From assembly GCA_018992685.1 (NCBI GenBank), contig JACVGT010000025.1, positions 27,432 to 91,431 of the forward strand: 64,000 nucleotides of DNA, written 5' to 3'. The notes beneath the pieces are model-generated. The model searched no databases, was not told where the DNA came from, and saw only the letters and a list, made by a program, of their open reading frames with translations. The position numbers and the translations under genes were made by a program. Of this stretch, positions 49,040 to 59,370 are shown piece after piece; within the stretch, counting starts at the first letter, position 1; each line of letters begins with the position of its first letter. The DNA comes from Theionarchaea archaeon (GTDB taxonomy: Archaea; Methanobacteriota_B; Thermococci; Methanofastidiosales; SZ-28-30).

Positions 49040-49861
49040 ATGAGTAATAAGAGGTGCACCTCTCCTGATTCTCGGGACACACAGTACCATATTCAGTGTG
49101 GGAGAGATGATTTGACTCCATATGTCCTCTTGCCGGGAGACCCCCAACGAGTGCTGAAGATAGCTTCCCTGTGGGACACGTTTCATGAGGTTCGGAATCA
49201 CAGAGAGTTCCGGTCAGTACGAGGAAAATACGAGGGAAGAGATATCTCGTGTGTCTCTACAGGGATTGGATCCCCGTCTGCTGGAATAGTGGTGGAGGAA
49301 TTGGCCAGGATTGGGTGCCACACACTAATCAGAGTAGGATCGACGGGTGTTATCCAGGACATCCCCTGCGGTGATCTGATTATCAACACAGGGTCTGTAC
49401 GATTTGAAGGTACGTCAAAAGACTACGTGTGTGCAGAATACCCAGCACTGTCTCATTATGAAGTGATCCTCTCACTGGTGGAAGCCTGTGAGCGTCTCAA
49501 GTACGCGTACCATCTCGGCATTGGGGCGACGACTAATTCTTTTTTTGTGGGTCAGGCGAGAGAGGGATTCAATGGGTATTTTCCTTCAAGATACAGATCA
49601 TTTATTGAGGATTTGCACAAGGCAAAAATCCTGAACTTTGAAATGGAAACAGCCTCTGTTCTGACATTAGGCTCGTTATTCGGGCTGAGAGCAGGTGCCA
49701 TTTGCGCAGTCTTTGCCAACAGAGTTACAGGAGAATTCCGTGTAACTGGTGAAGAAAAAGCGGGGAAGGCAGCTTCAGAAGCAGTAAAGATACTGCAGGA
49801 ATGGGATGAGAGAAAAAGAGCCATGGGAAAGAACTGGATTTACCCCTCGTTGTTGCAGTGA
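49040..49861 (+). CDS. udp: Uridine/nucleoside phosphorylase
   Basis: QYHI, LLPGDPQR, HREF, STGIGSPS, IRVGSTG, NFEMET. Confidence 0.9.
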   Translation: MSNKRCTSPDSRDTQYHIQCGRDDLTPYVLLPGDPQRVLKIASLWDTFHEVRNHREFRSVRGKYEGRDISCVSTGIGSPSAGIVVEELARIGCHTLIRVGSTGVIQDIPCGDLIINTGSVRFEGTSKDYVCAEYPALSHYEVILSLVEACERLKYAYHLGIGATTNSFFVGQAREGFNGYFPSRYRSFIEDLHKAKILNFEMETASVLTLGSLFGLRAGAICAVFANRVTGEFRVTGEEKAGKAASEAVKILQEWDERKRAMGKNWIYPSLLQ

Positions 49862-50219
49862 GAGAGGAGATGAATCCTTCCTGCAGTGAGAAGTGTCATC
49901 ACGCCTTTTACTCTGTTGTAGAAGCAATGGGTTTCGGGATATGTGGAAAAGTTTTATAAATGTAGAATAAACATGATAAAGGGAGGTGATAAAAAAGTAA
50001 GCCAAAGCAACGATGGTGGAGGTTCATCGTTAATCGGAGTGTACAGATCAAGGAGAGAATGGCGTGTGAGTGTACATTGTGTCGAATTGTATCCTATCCG
50101 TTGTCTCACATCCTTTCCGGTGGCTAGGGAGAGTGGATCGAAGGGCTGACAACCAGCGATTCCTGAAAGGTTAGGCGACTGTCCAGTCGTCAGATACGAA
50201 AAGGAAAGGAGGTGGCTGT

Positions 50220-50387
50220 ATGGTAAAGTCGAAAACAATCTTGATAATTGTGGGTATCATTGTCCTGCTTATGGGAATTCTAGGACTCTTGGATCTTGAT
50301 TACGCAACTGAGCCGTCATGGCATGCTGTGCTGAAGATCATTGTGGGGCTTGTGGCAGTGGTCTTTGGCTACATGGACAAGACCTGA
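50220..50387 (+). CDS. 55-aa two-TM small protein, below the ORF-track cutoff
   Basis: MVKSKTILIIVGIIVLLMGILGLLDLDYATEPSWHAVLKIIVGLVAVVFGYMDKT; RBS GGAGGTGG; T-tract downstream. Confidence 0.75.
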   Translation: MVKSKTILIIVGIIVLLMGILGLLDLDYATEPSWHAVLKIIVGLVAVVFGYMDKT

Positions 50388-50591
50388 TCCAGGACCCATA
50401 AGTGTGTCCCACAGGGTTCTCTACTCTGTATTTCCTTTTTTTTATCTTTTGCTGGTTCTGGTGTTGATTTAATTGGGTTGGGTTATTGGTTTTTGTGACG
50501 CACATACCCAGTATAGGAATTATTCACCATTGGATTCTGCACGAGATCACATACTCTGAAACCTTTTTATGGTTCTAATCACAGATAACCT

Positions 50592-52268
50592 ATGGATAAT
50601 TCAGACGTTGCCCGCATTCTTTATGAGATTGCAGATATACTGGAACGTCAGGGCATAAAATTCAAGCCTCAGGCCTATAGAAAGGCTGCGCGCTCTATTG
50701 AATCCCTTGAAGAATCCATTGAAACATTTGATGACTACAGGGTGATCCCGGGTGTGGGGGAGGCAATCGCCAAGAAGATTGATGAGATTGTCAGGACAGG
50801 CAGACTCGAATATCTGGAAAAGCTGAAAGAAGAAACCCCGGATGAATATGGAGAACTTTTGCAGCTTCCTGAAATTGGACCCAAGACTGCCCAGATTCTT
50901 GCACGTCAGGGTATTACCAGTATTTCTGCGCTGGAAAAGGCCCTGGAACGCCATACATTGCGTAGAGTGAAAGGATTTGGACCAAAGACCGAATCAAATC
51001 TGAAACGGTCAATTGAGCTGCATCAATTCAAAACAGAGAGGAGGCTCCTGGGAAAAATACTTCCGCTCTGTCGACAGCTGAAAAGAGCTCTCCAGCCAGT
51101 CTGTGAGCAGGCTGTGGTGGCAGGGTCTGTGAGACGGTGGAAAGAGACGGTGGGGGACATTGACATCCTGGTGATATCACGCATGTCAGAGCAGGTCATG
51201 GACACTTTCACAGGGCTTTCTGACGTTGAGCATGTCATATCCAGGGGGACCACGAGATCGACAGTGATCCTCAGAAATGGAATACAGGCCGATGTGCGCG
51301 TCCTCCCTGAGGAGAGCTTTGGTTCAGCTTTGCAGTATTTTACCGGATCAAAAGAACACAATATCAGCCTGAGGCAGCTGGCTGCAGGAAAGGGGCTGAA
51401 ACTGAGTGAATATGGGCTTTTTGACCGAAAGACTGATGAACGGGTGGCGGGTGAATCAGAAGAGGAGATATACCGGCACCTGGGGTTGCAGTACATCCCC
51501 CCTGAACTGCGGGAGAATCAGGGGGAAATCGAGGCCGCTCAAACCAATTCGCTCCCTCAACTAGTGGAACTGGGAGACATCAAAGGAGATTTCCACATCC
51601 ATACTGACTGGAGTGACGGGTCTGGGTCAATTAACGCCATGGTACAGAAAGCAGAGGTACTCGGGTATGAGTTCGTTGGAATTGCAGATCACTCACAGAG
51701 CCTGCATATTGCAGGCGGACTTTCATCAGAGAAACTGCTGAACCAGCATGCAATCATCAAGGAGATGAATGATTCCATTGATGGGATAACAATTCTCTCA
51801 GGCGTGGAAAGTGATATCCTGCCCGATGGCTCTCTGGATTATCCAGATAGTGTTCTTGAGCAACTAGATTTTGTTGTTGCATCGATCCACTCTCGATTCA
51901 AGGCCTCCCGGAATGAGACTACATCCCGGGTGGTGGAGGCTCTGAGGAACCCTCTTGTCACCATTCTGGGTCACCCCACAGGAAGAATTATTGGAAGGAG
52001 AGAAGTCCTGAATCTTGATCTCGACATAATATTGAGCGCCGCTGCAGAGACTGGTATCGCCCTCGAGGTGAACTGTTATCCAGACCGCCTCGACTTGAAT
52101 GACGTTCACGTGAGAAGAGCACGGGAGTATGGTGTTGCACTGGCACTGGGGACAGATGCGCATTCCATCCAGGATCTTGATTACATGGAATTGGGAGTGG
52201 GAACAGCAAGGCGAGGATGGGCTTCTCCTGAGATGATCATGAATACGCAGTGCTACACACCACGGTGA
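50592..52268 (+). CDS. polX: DNA polymerase X with PHP domain
   Basis: IPGVGEAIA HhH, AGSVRR...GDIDIL, YFTGSKEHN, PHP motifs HIHTDWSDG and GTDAH. Confidence 0.95.
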   Translation: MDNSDVARILYEIADILERQGIKFKPQAYRKAARSIESLEESIETFDDYRVIPGVGEAIAKKIDEIVRTGRLEYLEKLKEETPDEYGELLQLPEIGPKTAQILARQGITSISALEKALERHTLRRVKGFGPKTESNLKRSIELHQFKTERRLLGKILPLCRQLKRALQPVCEQAVVAGSVRRWKETVGDIDILVISRMSEQVMDTFTGLSDVEHVISRGTTRSTVILRNGIQADVRVLPEESFGSALQYFTGSKEHNISLRQLAAGKGLKLSEYGLFDRKTDERVAGESEEEIYRHLGLQYIPPELRENQGEIEAAQTNSLPQLVELGDIKGDFHIHTDWSDGSGSINAMVQKAEVLGYEFVGIADHSQSLHIAGGLSSEKLLNQHAIIKEMNDSIDGITILSGVESDILPDGSLDYPDSVLEQLDFVVASIHSRFKASRNETTSRVVEALRNPLVTILGHPTGRIIGRREVLNLDLDIILSAAAETGIALEVNCYPDRLDLNDVHVRRAREYGVALALGTDAHSIQDLDYMELGVGTARRGWASPEMIMNTQCYTPR

Positions 52269-52391
52269 GCCATCTTCAATCAATGAAACAGAGCAGCGGT
52301 TCTCATTACTTCCCAGATGCCACCTCGTGTCACATAAACCTTTTAAGTTATTATACAAGTAGGACTCAGAGCTTACCTGAAGGTGATTGTA

Positions 52392-53363
52392 ATGGAAGTA
52401 CTGGAATCTGGCAAAGGAGAACTCTTTCTTCCCCCTCGCATGAACGAAGATCGTCAATGGATGCGGGAAAAGAAATCCTGGGCCTTGGAACCGAAGATAA
52501 TGTCTGAACACGAGGCAGTGAAGAAATTCATTCATGAAGGCGATTATATCGGCACTGAACTATATGGATTTGTCAGGTGTCCCATGTCACTTGCTCGGGA
52601 AATTGTGCGGCAGAAGATCGGCCATCTGCAGGTGGCTGGTCAGGGCATCATGGAGGTGGACGTGCTCATTGCAGCAGGACTGGTAGACAAGATTGATCTG
52701 ACGTACCTGGGATACGAGGTGTATGGGCTATCCAATGTGCTGAGACGAGCGGCCCAATCCGGGAAGCTGAAGATCAATGAGTGGAGCAATGCAGCGCTGG
52801 CGTGGCGGCTGAAGGCAGCTGCACTGGGGGTGCCTTTCCTCCCCGTCCGGGTGATGCTGGGGACTGACACCTTCACGTATAGTGCAGCAAAAGTGGTGAA
52901 GTGTCCTTTCACGGGTGAGAAGGTAATGCTCCTTCCTGCTACCATGCTGGATGCGGGCATCATCCACGTGCACAGGGCAGATCAATATGGGAACTGCCAG
53001 ATAGATGGCATTTCTGGATTCGCCTTTGAACTGGCCCGGGCGTCTCGTCGTCTCATTATATCTGCAGAAGAAATCATTTCTACAGAAGAAATCAGGAAAT
53101 ATCCCGAGAGGACCATCATCCCGTGGTACCTTGTGGACGCTGTGGTGGAGGCTCCCTTTGGATCACATCCGGGAGAAATGCCCTACTACTACTGGAGAGA
53201 TGAAGAACACCTCTCCTGGTACGTGACAGCTTCCAAAGAAGAAGAAACTACTCAGGAGTACCTGCAGAAATGGATATGGGATGTACCTTCTCATGAGGAA
53301 TATCTGGAGCTGGTGGGGAAAGAGACTCTGGATATCATGAAGAGTAAGGTGAAAGGTAGGTGA
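52392..53363 (+). CDS. gctA: CoA-transferase alpha subunit (glutaconate CoA-transferase-like)
   Basis: AAALGVPFLP, CPFTGE, IHVHRADQYGN, VDAVVEAPFGSHP. Confidence 0.8.
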   Translation: MEVLESGKGELFLPPRMNEDRQWMREKKSWALEPKIMSEHEAVKKFIHEGDYIGTELYGFVRCPMSLAREIVRQKIGHLQVAGQGIMEVDVLIAAGLVDKIDLTYLGYEVYGLSNVLRRAAQSGKLKINEWSNAALAWRLKAAALGVPFLPVRVMLGTDTFTYSAAKVVKCPFTGEKVMLLPATMLDAGIIHVHRADQYGNCQIDGISGFAFELARASRRLIISAEEIISTEEIRKYPERTIIPWYLVDAVVEAPFGSHPGEMPYYYWRDEEHLSWYVTASKEEETTQEYLQKWIWDVPSHEEYLELVGKETLDIMKSKVKGR

Positions 53364-53367
53364 ACCC

Positions 53368-54126
53368 ATGGAATACAACCAACGGGAATTATTGATCTGC
53401 ATCGCTTCCAGACAGATGGAGGACAGAACCAGTGCCTTCATCGGGACTGGTATCCCCATGCTGGCTGCATCTTTAGCCCAGAAAATCCACGCTCCCAACC
53501 TCATCTGCGTGTTTGAATTCGGGGGGACAGGTGCACGGCTAGAAGAACTTCCCCTGGGCGTGGGCGGGTCACGGTCATTCTACAAAGCACTGGCTGCATC
53601 ATCAATCTGTGATGTCATGGAAGCAGCTCAGAGAGGGTTAATCATGTATGGATTTGTGGGTGGAGCCCAGATTGATCCGTATGGAAACTTGAACTCCACC
53701 ATCATTGGTGATCACGACAAGCCCAAAGTCCGATTTCCCGGAAGTGGCGGGGCCAATGATATTGGCTCACTGGTGTGGCGGACTATTGCGATCATGCCCC
53801 ATGACAGTCGGCATTTTGTGGAGAAGGTGGACTTTATCACGACACCAGGGTATTTGGCGGGACCTGGTGCAAGGGAAGAGGCTGGACTTCCTCCGGGAAC
53901 TGGTCCCTACCGGGTTGTTACTGACCTGGCACTATTAGGGTTTGACGAGAGTACCAAGAGGATGACTCTTTTGGCTCTGAACCCCGGGGTGACAGTTGAG
54001 AAGGTAAAGGAGAATACAGGATTTGAATTGATCATTCCGAGTGACGTCGGTCAGAACGAGCCCCCAACTGACCAGGAGCTACAGATTCTGAGGAAAGAGA
54101 TCGACCCCACAAACCTGTACATTTAG
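53368..54126 (+). CDS. gctB: CoA-transferase beta subunit
   Basis: FIGTGIP, VFEFG, GGAQIDPYGNLN, GSGGAND, VKENTGF. Confidence 0.8.
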   Translation: MEYNQRELLICIASRQMEDRTSAFIGTGIPMLAASLAQKIHAPNLICVFEFGGTGARLEELPLGVGGSRSFYKALAASSICDVMEAAQRGLIMYGFVGGAQIDPYGNLNSTIIGDHDKPKVRFPGSGGANDIGSLVWRTIAIMPHDSRHFVEKVDFITTPGYLAGPGAREEAGLPPGTGPYRVVTDLALLGFDESTKRMTLLALNPGVTVEKVKENTGFELIIPSDVGQNEPPTDQELQILRKEIDPTNLYI

Positions 54127-54215
54127 ATCGGGAAATGCCGGGAAGCTGTATACTCCTGGAGGCCAGGACGGTATTCTGGACGTCTGACGCCAGAGCGGTA
54201 GGCTGTACAACGAGA

Positions 54216-55196
54216 CTACTCCGCCCCATACTTTTTGATCCTGGCCTTTATCGCTCCTGGGGTCCTCTCTGTTGCCACTTTCTTGATTTGGGAAGCTGTC
54301 AATTCCGACTTCACAAGCAAGTCAATATCCTTTCCACTAACGTGAGACGTGTTCAGGACCTCGAATTTCTCTTGAGACAACTGGGTGATGTTCTCAATCA
54401 AGAGGGGGTCAATATGTCTCGCCTGGCTGAATGTTTCTCTATCTACCTTTCCAGTGGGTTCAAGTCCCCGGTATTCCTGGAACAACTTAATGTGCTCTTC
54501 AGTCGTTGACGGTTCCTTTATCTTCTGCCAGGAGCTCCTCTTCCACAGCCTTGTTCTCAGTTTCCTGTACACAGGAGTGATCCTACTGGTTCCCCATCCT
54601 TTCTTATAGATGATCCAGGGCGCTTCCGGTAATGGAGACTCAGTAGTCCCAACGGCAGTCAGCGTGCAGTCTTCAGGTTCAGTACGGATTCCTGGTGATC
54701 TGAATCGCTCAAACCCAAGTATGCCCTGGGGGGGTTCAGCGTAACTGGCATGTTTCCCAAGCGACCAGTAGACTGTGACTCCGCAGTCTTTTCGGGCACA
54801 AGGTACATAAGAGCTCTTATCCACCAGAGGGACACCTTCGTGGGCTGCATAGTAAGCCTCATGGACACTGAACTCTTCAGGGTCTTTGCTGTTCACAGGG
54901 CCCACCACAAGGACTGCGGTTCTTTCTGTATCCCACTGGTGACCACTGATTCTGCCCAGAACACCCCCAGTATCCCAGTCCCAGATGGTCAGATAATTGA
55001 TCTCAAAGGCCGTCTTTCCCCTGTGAGATCCGAGGTTGAGAGCAGAAAAATAGACATGAGGGTTCCACACAGGATATGCCAGGGCGACCTGAGGTTTCTC
55101 TTTCTGTCTCAACTCAGTGAGATAACACCTTTCTCCTTCGCTTGCAATATACGTGGGAGCGAATTTCTTGGCAAGCTTTTCTCTCAATTTCTTCAT
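54216..55196 (-). CDS. Hypothetical protein with an NPP1/Vps62-like core and a peptidoglycan-binding-like C-terminal motif
   Basis: GHQWDTE, YYAAHEG, VYWSLGKHASY; IKLFQEYRGLEPTGKVDRET. Confidence 0.6.
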   Translation of the reverse strand: MKKLREKLAKKFAPTYIASEGERCYLTELRQKEKPQVALAYPVWNPHVYFSALNLGSHRGKTAFEINYLTIWDWDTGGVLGRISGHQWDTERTAVLVVGPVNSKDPEEFSVHEAYYAAHEGVPLVDKSSYVPCARKDCGVTVYWSLGKHASYAEPPQGILGFERFRSPGIRTEPEDCTLTAVGTTESPLPEAPWIIYKKGWGTSRITPVYRKLRTRLWKRSSWQKIKEPSTTEEHIKLFQEYRGLEPTGKVDRETFSQARHIDPLLIENITQLSQEKFEVLNTSHVSGKDIDLLVKSELTASQIKKVATERTPGAIKARIKKYGAE

Positions 55197-55449
55197 TTAG
55201 ATCCCCGTAGGAGATGGGATTCTAGATTTAAATACTCTTGTTCCTCCTGATTTTTTTCACGCGCAACGACACCTTCACACGCATCATGTGTTCACCATGT
55301 GGGACGACTTCAATGCGAGAACATGGTTCACGGCGGTAGGATACGAGGTATTGCACATGAGCTACCCCCCCTTTTCTGCTGCATAGTCCATGTGTGAAAG
55401 AAACGTTATGTATTTATACGAGGGGGGCCAATCTCGCAGCGAGATACAC

Positions 55450-56541
55450 ATGAAAATGAGAATCATTCCCTTGATCACAGTATGTACACTCACACTGTGC
55501 CTCCTTTCTGGCCGCGGGGACTGCGAATTCCCTATAACAACAGACCCTCATGATCAGAGGGCTCCTGCAATCTACGGGAACATTGTCGTGTGGACAGACA
55601 GGAGGAACCAGAATGAGGACATCTACGGGTACAACCTGGAAACACAGGAGGAATTTCAGATAACCACAAATGGCGAAGATCAATACCAGCCCGCAATCTA
55701 TGGAGATATTGTCGTGTACACAGATTCACGGAACGATAACAGGGACATTTACGGGTACAACCTGAAAACAAAGAGGGAATTTCAGATCACTGTTGACATC
55801 CATAATCAGTGGGATCCTGCAATTTATGAGGACATCGTGGTATGGACTGACGAACGGCATGACTCTGCCGACGTTTATGGGTACAATCTTGCGACTGGAG
55901 AGGAATTTCCCATTGCTACCGAACCCTGCGCTGAATGGTTTCCAGATATTCACAATAACATTGTGGTTTGGCTCAATATGCAAGATGATCGTTTGGACAT
56001 ATATGGGGTTAACCTGGTCACGGGAGAGAGACTATTCATTGTAGAAGATACGAAAATGCAGATCTTCCCTGCAATTCACAATGATATTGTGGTGTGGTCA
56101 GATTACAGGAATGAGTCACTTGATATCTGGGCATACAACCTGAAGACAGGCAGAGAATTTCCCATTAGAGAAAGTACATGCCTCAAGATGACTCCCAAGA
56201 TCTATGGTGATTGTGTTGTGTGGCTTGACTGGGACGTCACTAATAGTCAGATTTCGGGCTACGACATATCCACAGGACGGTACATCCCTATTACAAGAAT
56301 GCCTAGCGATAAGCGAGGGCCCGCTATCTATGAGAATGTGGTGGTGTGGGAAGATAACAGACAGGGGAACCCAGATATCTTTGGATGTACTCTGGAATTC
56401 CCTGACCGGAAAACCGTGCAGGACCCGTCAAGTGTGCAGGACCGCAGAGGATCGGAAGAAGTTTTCATGATCCTGATTATGACAGGTCTCACGATACTTG
56501 CATTGATGGCCATTGCTCAGAGGCGCCGCCCAAATAGATGA
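55450..56541 (+). CDS. Surface beta-propeller repeat protein (TolB-like, methanogen type)
   Basis: Seven repeats of the form PAIYG-x-IVVW-x-D-x-RN-x-x-x-DIYGYNL; signal peptide; C-terminal TM. Confidence 0.88.
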   Translation: MKMRIIPLITVCTLTLCLLSGRGDCEFPITTDPHDQRAPAIYGNIVVWTDRRNQNEDIYGYNLETQEEFQITTNGEDQYQPAIYGDIVVYTDSRNDNRDIYGYNLKTKREFQITVDIHNQWDPAIYEDIVVWTDERHDSADVYGYNLATGEEFPIATEPCAEWFPDIHNNIVVWLNMQDDRLDIYGVNLVTGERLFIVEDTKMQIFPAIHNDIVVWSDYRNESLDIWAYNLKTGREFPIRESTCLKMTPKIYGDCVVWLDWDVTNSQISGYDISTGRYIPITRMPSDKRGPAIYENVVVWEDNRQGNPDIFGCTLEFPDRKTVQDPSSVQDRRGSEEVFMILIMTGLTILALMAIAQRRRPNR

Positions 56542-56619
56542 ACTCTCGCCGAGGATGGCACCTCATGTGTAGCACCTATATAGGAGTGCTGTCTCATATC
56601 CCGTCAGAATGGTGGCATA

Positions 56620-58242
56620 TCACTCTATTCTATCTATGGTGACGCTGCTACATGAGTAAATCCTGTCGAATCGCCCGAATTGCTCAATGGAATGGGGAAC
56701 CCAGTCTGCATCATCATAGAAATATGCAGGCTGCAGACCAAGGGAGAATGGAGCATCAAAATCTGTTATGATGTGCATTCTGCGGTATGAAAGGGGGTAA
56801 ATATAGGTATAATTCCTCCCATACACGTAGAAGAAAGGATCCAATGTAGAGTCTTGAATCCACACGGTTGCCTGGAGGTTGTCACTGTCAGTTCCCGGCC
56901 AGAACTGTTGAGGGTAGGCCACAAGAATCAGAAGCAGGAGAGCATACCACCAGTGACGGCTGATTCGAGAGCATATACTGATAATTCCGAAGCTAACCAG
57001 GACAGATCCGGGCAGGATAAAGAAAGCGGGAAATCTCCAGGGTAAGAAATATATGGGGAAAACGGGCTGGGAGGCTATGAAGAGGACAAGAGCCCACGTG
57101 AATATGAATGTTTTCCTGTGATTCCTCCTAGTCAATGCTGTGTATACGCCAACCATACACAAGATGATAACCAGGGGAGAAATGGTATTGAGATACGGAG
57201 AAAAGAACCCCGCCGCCGTGTAGGAAGAAGGAGAAGCTCCAGCGTCAATGGAGGTCGTTCTGAAGGGAACGTGAATCCACCACGGGGCAGACACCGCAAG
57301 AGCCACCCCGCCAGTACCTATTGCATACCGAAGGTAGTCAAGCTTCTTAGAACTCAGGGCCAGAGCCACAGCTCCTACAGAAAGCACAGCAGCAAAGGCG
57401 GAAAGATGATGGATGAGAACAACAGCTCCCAGGAGTATGCCGGCAGCCACCCATTTTTTCATGTAGAACACATACAGGATCAGGGGAACCATGTACATGG
57501 CAAGGCACTGGGCAGTGATCTCTGTGGTCATTATCATGTGGGGCACAAACACAGCTACGATACCTGCCGACAGCAGTGCTGTCTTTTCGTCAAACAGGGT
57601 CCGGACCCCCACGTACACTGAAAGAACAGTCCCCGTTCCCATCCCAAGGAAGAGTACCTTCAGCAGACCAAATGATATGCCACCTGCTGCCTGAGAGATG
57701 AGAGCGCCCATGCAGTGGACACCCGGAGGATACAAATCCAGTGTAACAGGTACAGCCGGTTCAATCCAGGGAAGAACGTCAGGAAGAGACTCGTACTGGT
57801 AGATATAGTAGATAAAGGAGAGATGCGTCCAGGCGTCCTGCCCTCTGGGCAGAGGGTCAAGTAAGGTATAGGAACGAAGCAGAAATGCATAGCAGACCAC
57901 CAACAGGATCATAATATACGTCCTGTCCACATTCGGCATTGCTGGCCATTTTCTTGTGATCACAGGCGGATCACGGAAGAATGCTGTTGCGATGAGTATT
58001 CCAGATAGAATGCCACTTGCCACCACAATGGAGACAACTGATATTTCCCATACTGCATCCAGCAGGGGACATACAATGACGGCATAAGCAAGACCGAATC
58101 CTGTGCTGTAGATCAGAATGTCCATGGCTCTGTCGCTCTTGAGAAAGGTGCGCTGAAGCAGGAACCCTGGCCATACCACGATCCCTCCCCAGAATATGAA
58201 CCCTTTCAACCAAGAAAGCGCTTCACCGAGCATAGAGGGCAC
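56620..58242 (-). CDS. Multi-pass membrane protein, GT-C-type glycosyltransferase-like
   Basis: GQDAWTH, LYPPGVH motifs; many TM segments; divergent from the glycosylation operon. Confidence 0.65.
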   Translation of the reverse strand: MPSMLGEALSWLKGFIFWGGIVVWPGFLLQRTFLKSDRAMDILIYSTGFGLAYAVIVCPLLDAVWEISVVSIVVASGILSGILIATAFFRDPPVITRKWPAMPNVDRTYIMILLVVCYAFLLRSYTLLDPLPRGQDAWTHLSFIYYIYQYESLPDVLPWIEPAVPVTLDLYPPGVHCMGALISQAAGGISFGLLKVLFLGMGTGTVLSVYVGVRTLFDEKTALLSAGIVAVFVPHMIMTTEITAQCLAMYMVPLILYVFYMKKWVAAGILLGAVVLIHHLSAFAAVLSVGAVALALSSKKLDYLRYAIGTGGVALAVSAPWWIHVPFRTTSIDAGASPSSYTAAGFFSPYLNTISPLVIILCMVGVYTALTRRNHRKTFIFTWALVLFIASQPVFPIYFLPWRFPAFFILPGSVLVSFGIISICSRISRHWWYALLLLILVAYPQQFWPGTDSDNLQATVWIQDSTLDPFFYVYGRNYTYIYPLSYRRMHIITDFDAPFSLGLQPAYFYDDADWVPHSIEQFGRFDRIYSCSSVTIDRIE

Positions 58243-58358
58243 TCAAACTGGAGCAATTTAAACCTTTTGTGAACCCGTCATCGGTTCAGAAGAGACTGAT
58301 TTGCTCACACAAGAGGTGAGGAAAACCTTAAATATACTCCTTTTGAGGCTACAATGAA

Positions 58359-59366
58359 ATGAAGATTGTGGCCCTTATTCCTGCATTCAATGAGGAGAAG
58401 ACCATAGAACGCATGGTGACCAACGTTACTCCCCATGTTGATACAGTGGTGGTTATAGATGATGGTTCTCGGGACAAGACAGCTCAGTATGCCGAGAAAG
58501 CAGGTGCAGTTGTAGTGTCTCACCATGAGAATCGGGGAGTGGGAGCTGCTGTGAAGACCGGCGTGGAAAAGGGCCTGCAGCTTGGTGCTGACATTCTGGT
58601 AAGCATTGATGCGGATGAGCAATTCAGACCGGAAGACATTCCCCGGTTGATTGCACCTATCATGAATGATGAAGCAGACTTTGTCACAGGTTCCCGATTC
58701 CTCGGTGGAAGCCCCAAAATGCCCAGGGTGAAACGGGTGGGGAATACGTTGTTTACCTGGCTGGTTAATATGCTAACGCATTCTTCATTTACTGATACTC
58801 AGTGCGGATTTAGAGCCATGTCGAGAGAGGCTGCCCTCAGAATAACGTTGTTCGGAGATTTCACCTACACTCAAGAAACATTTCTGGATTTAATCTCCAA
58901 GAAGATGCGCATGAAAGAAGTTCCGGTCAAGGTAGCCTACGATGTAACCAGAAAATCGCGGGTAGTCAAGAACCCCCTGTCGTACGGAGTGAGTGCCCTG
59001 CTGATTATTGTGAGGACAATTGTGGACCTGTATCCCTTCAAGATTTTTGGCATCCTGGGATCAGTCATTTTTGCTTCAGGAGCCATTTCTGGGCTTGCCC
59101 TGTTTGTGCGGTGGGTACTAACGTCCCTGGTCTCCCCCTACAGATCTCTGGTGACCTTGAGTGGAGTTTTGCTGATCGTTGGGTTCTTGTGTGTTATTTT
59201 GGCCTTGATCGCAGATATGCTGGGAAGGCAAAAGAAGATACAGGAGGAGATACTGTACTATGCCAGAGTGGAGGCACTGGAAAGAAGAAATAGCACCCAT
59301 GAAGACGGCAAGAAAGGGATTTTGAGAAAGGAGAAAGGAGAAGCACAAGACCACGTACAGAGGTGA
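58359..59366 (+). CDS. GT2 glycosyltransferase (Dol-P-sugar synthase-like)
   Basis: IPAFNEE, IDDGSRD, IDAD, TGSRF, DTQCGFRA, two C-terminal TM. Confidence 0.92.
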   Translation: MKIVALIPAFNEEKTIERMVTNVTPHVDTVVVIDDGSRDKTAQYAEKAGAVVVSHHENRGVGAAVKTGVEKGLQLGADILVSIDADEQFRPEDIPRLIAPIMNDEADFVTGSRFLGGSPKMPRVKRVGNTLFTWLVNMLTHSSFTDTQCGFRAMSREAALRITLFGDFTYTQETFLDLISKKMRMKEVPVKVAYDVTRKSRVVKNPLSYGVSALLIIVRTIVDLYPFKIFGILGSVIFASGAISGLALFVRWVLTSLVSPYRSLVTLSGVLLIVGFLCVILALIADMLGRQKKIQEEILYYARVEALERRNSTHEDGKKGILRKEKGEAQDHVQR

Positions 59367-59370
59367 TTAC

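Noticed and set aside
55500-56400. Repeats in the TolB-like propeller gene as a novel array
   Set aside because: Ordinary ~41-aa propeller blades of a known archaeal surface-protein family
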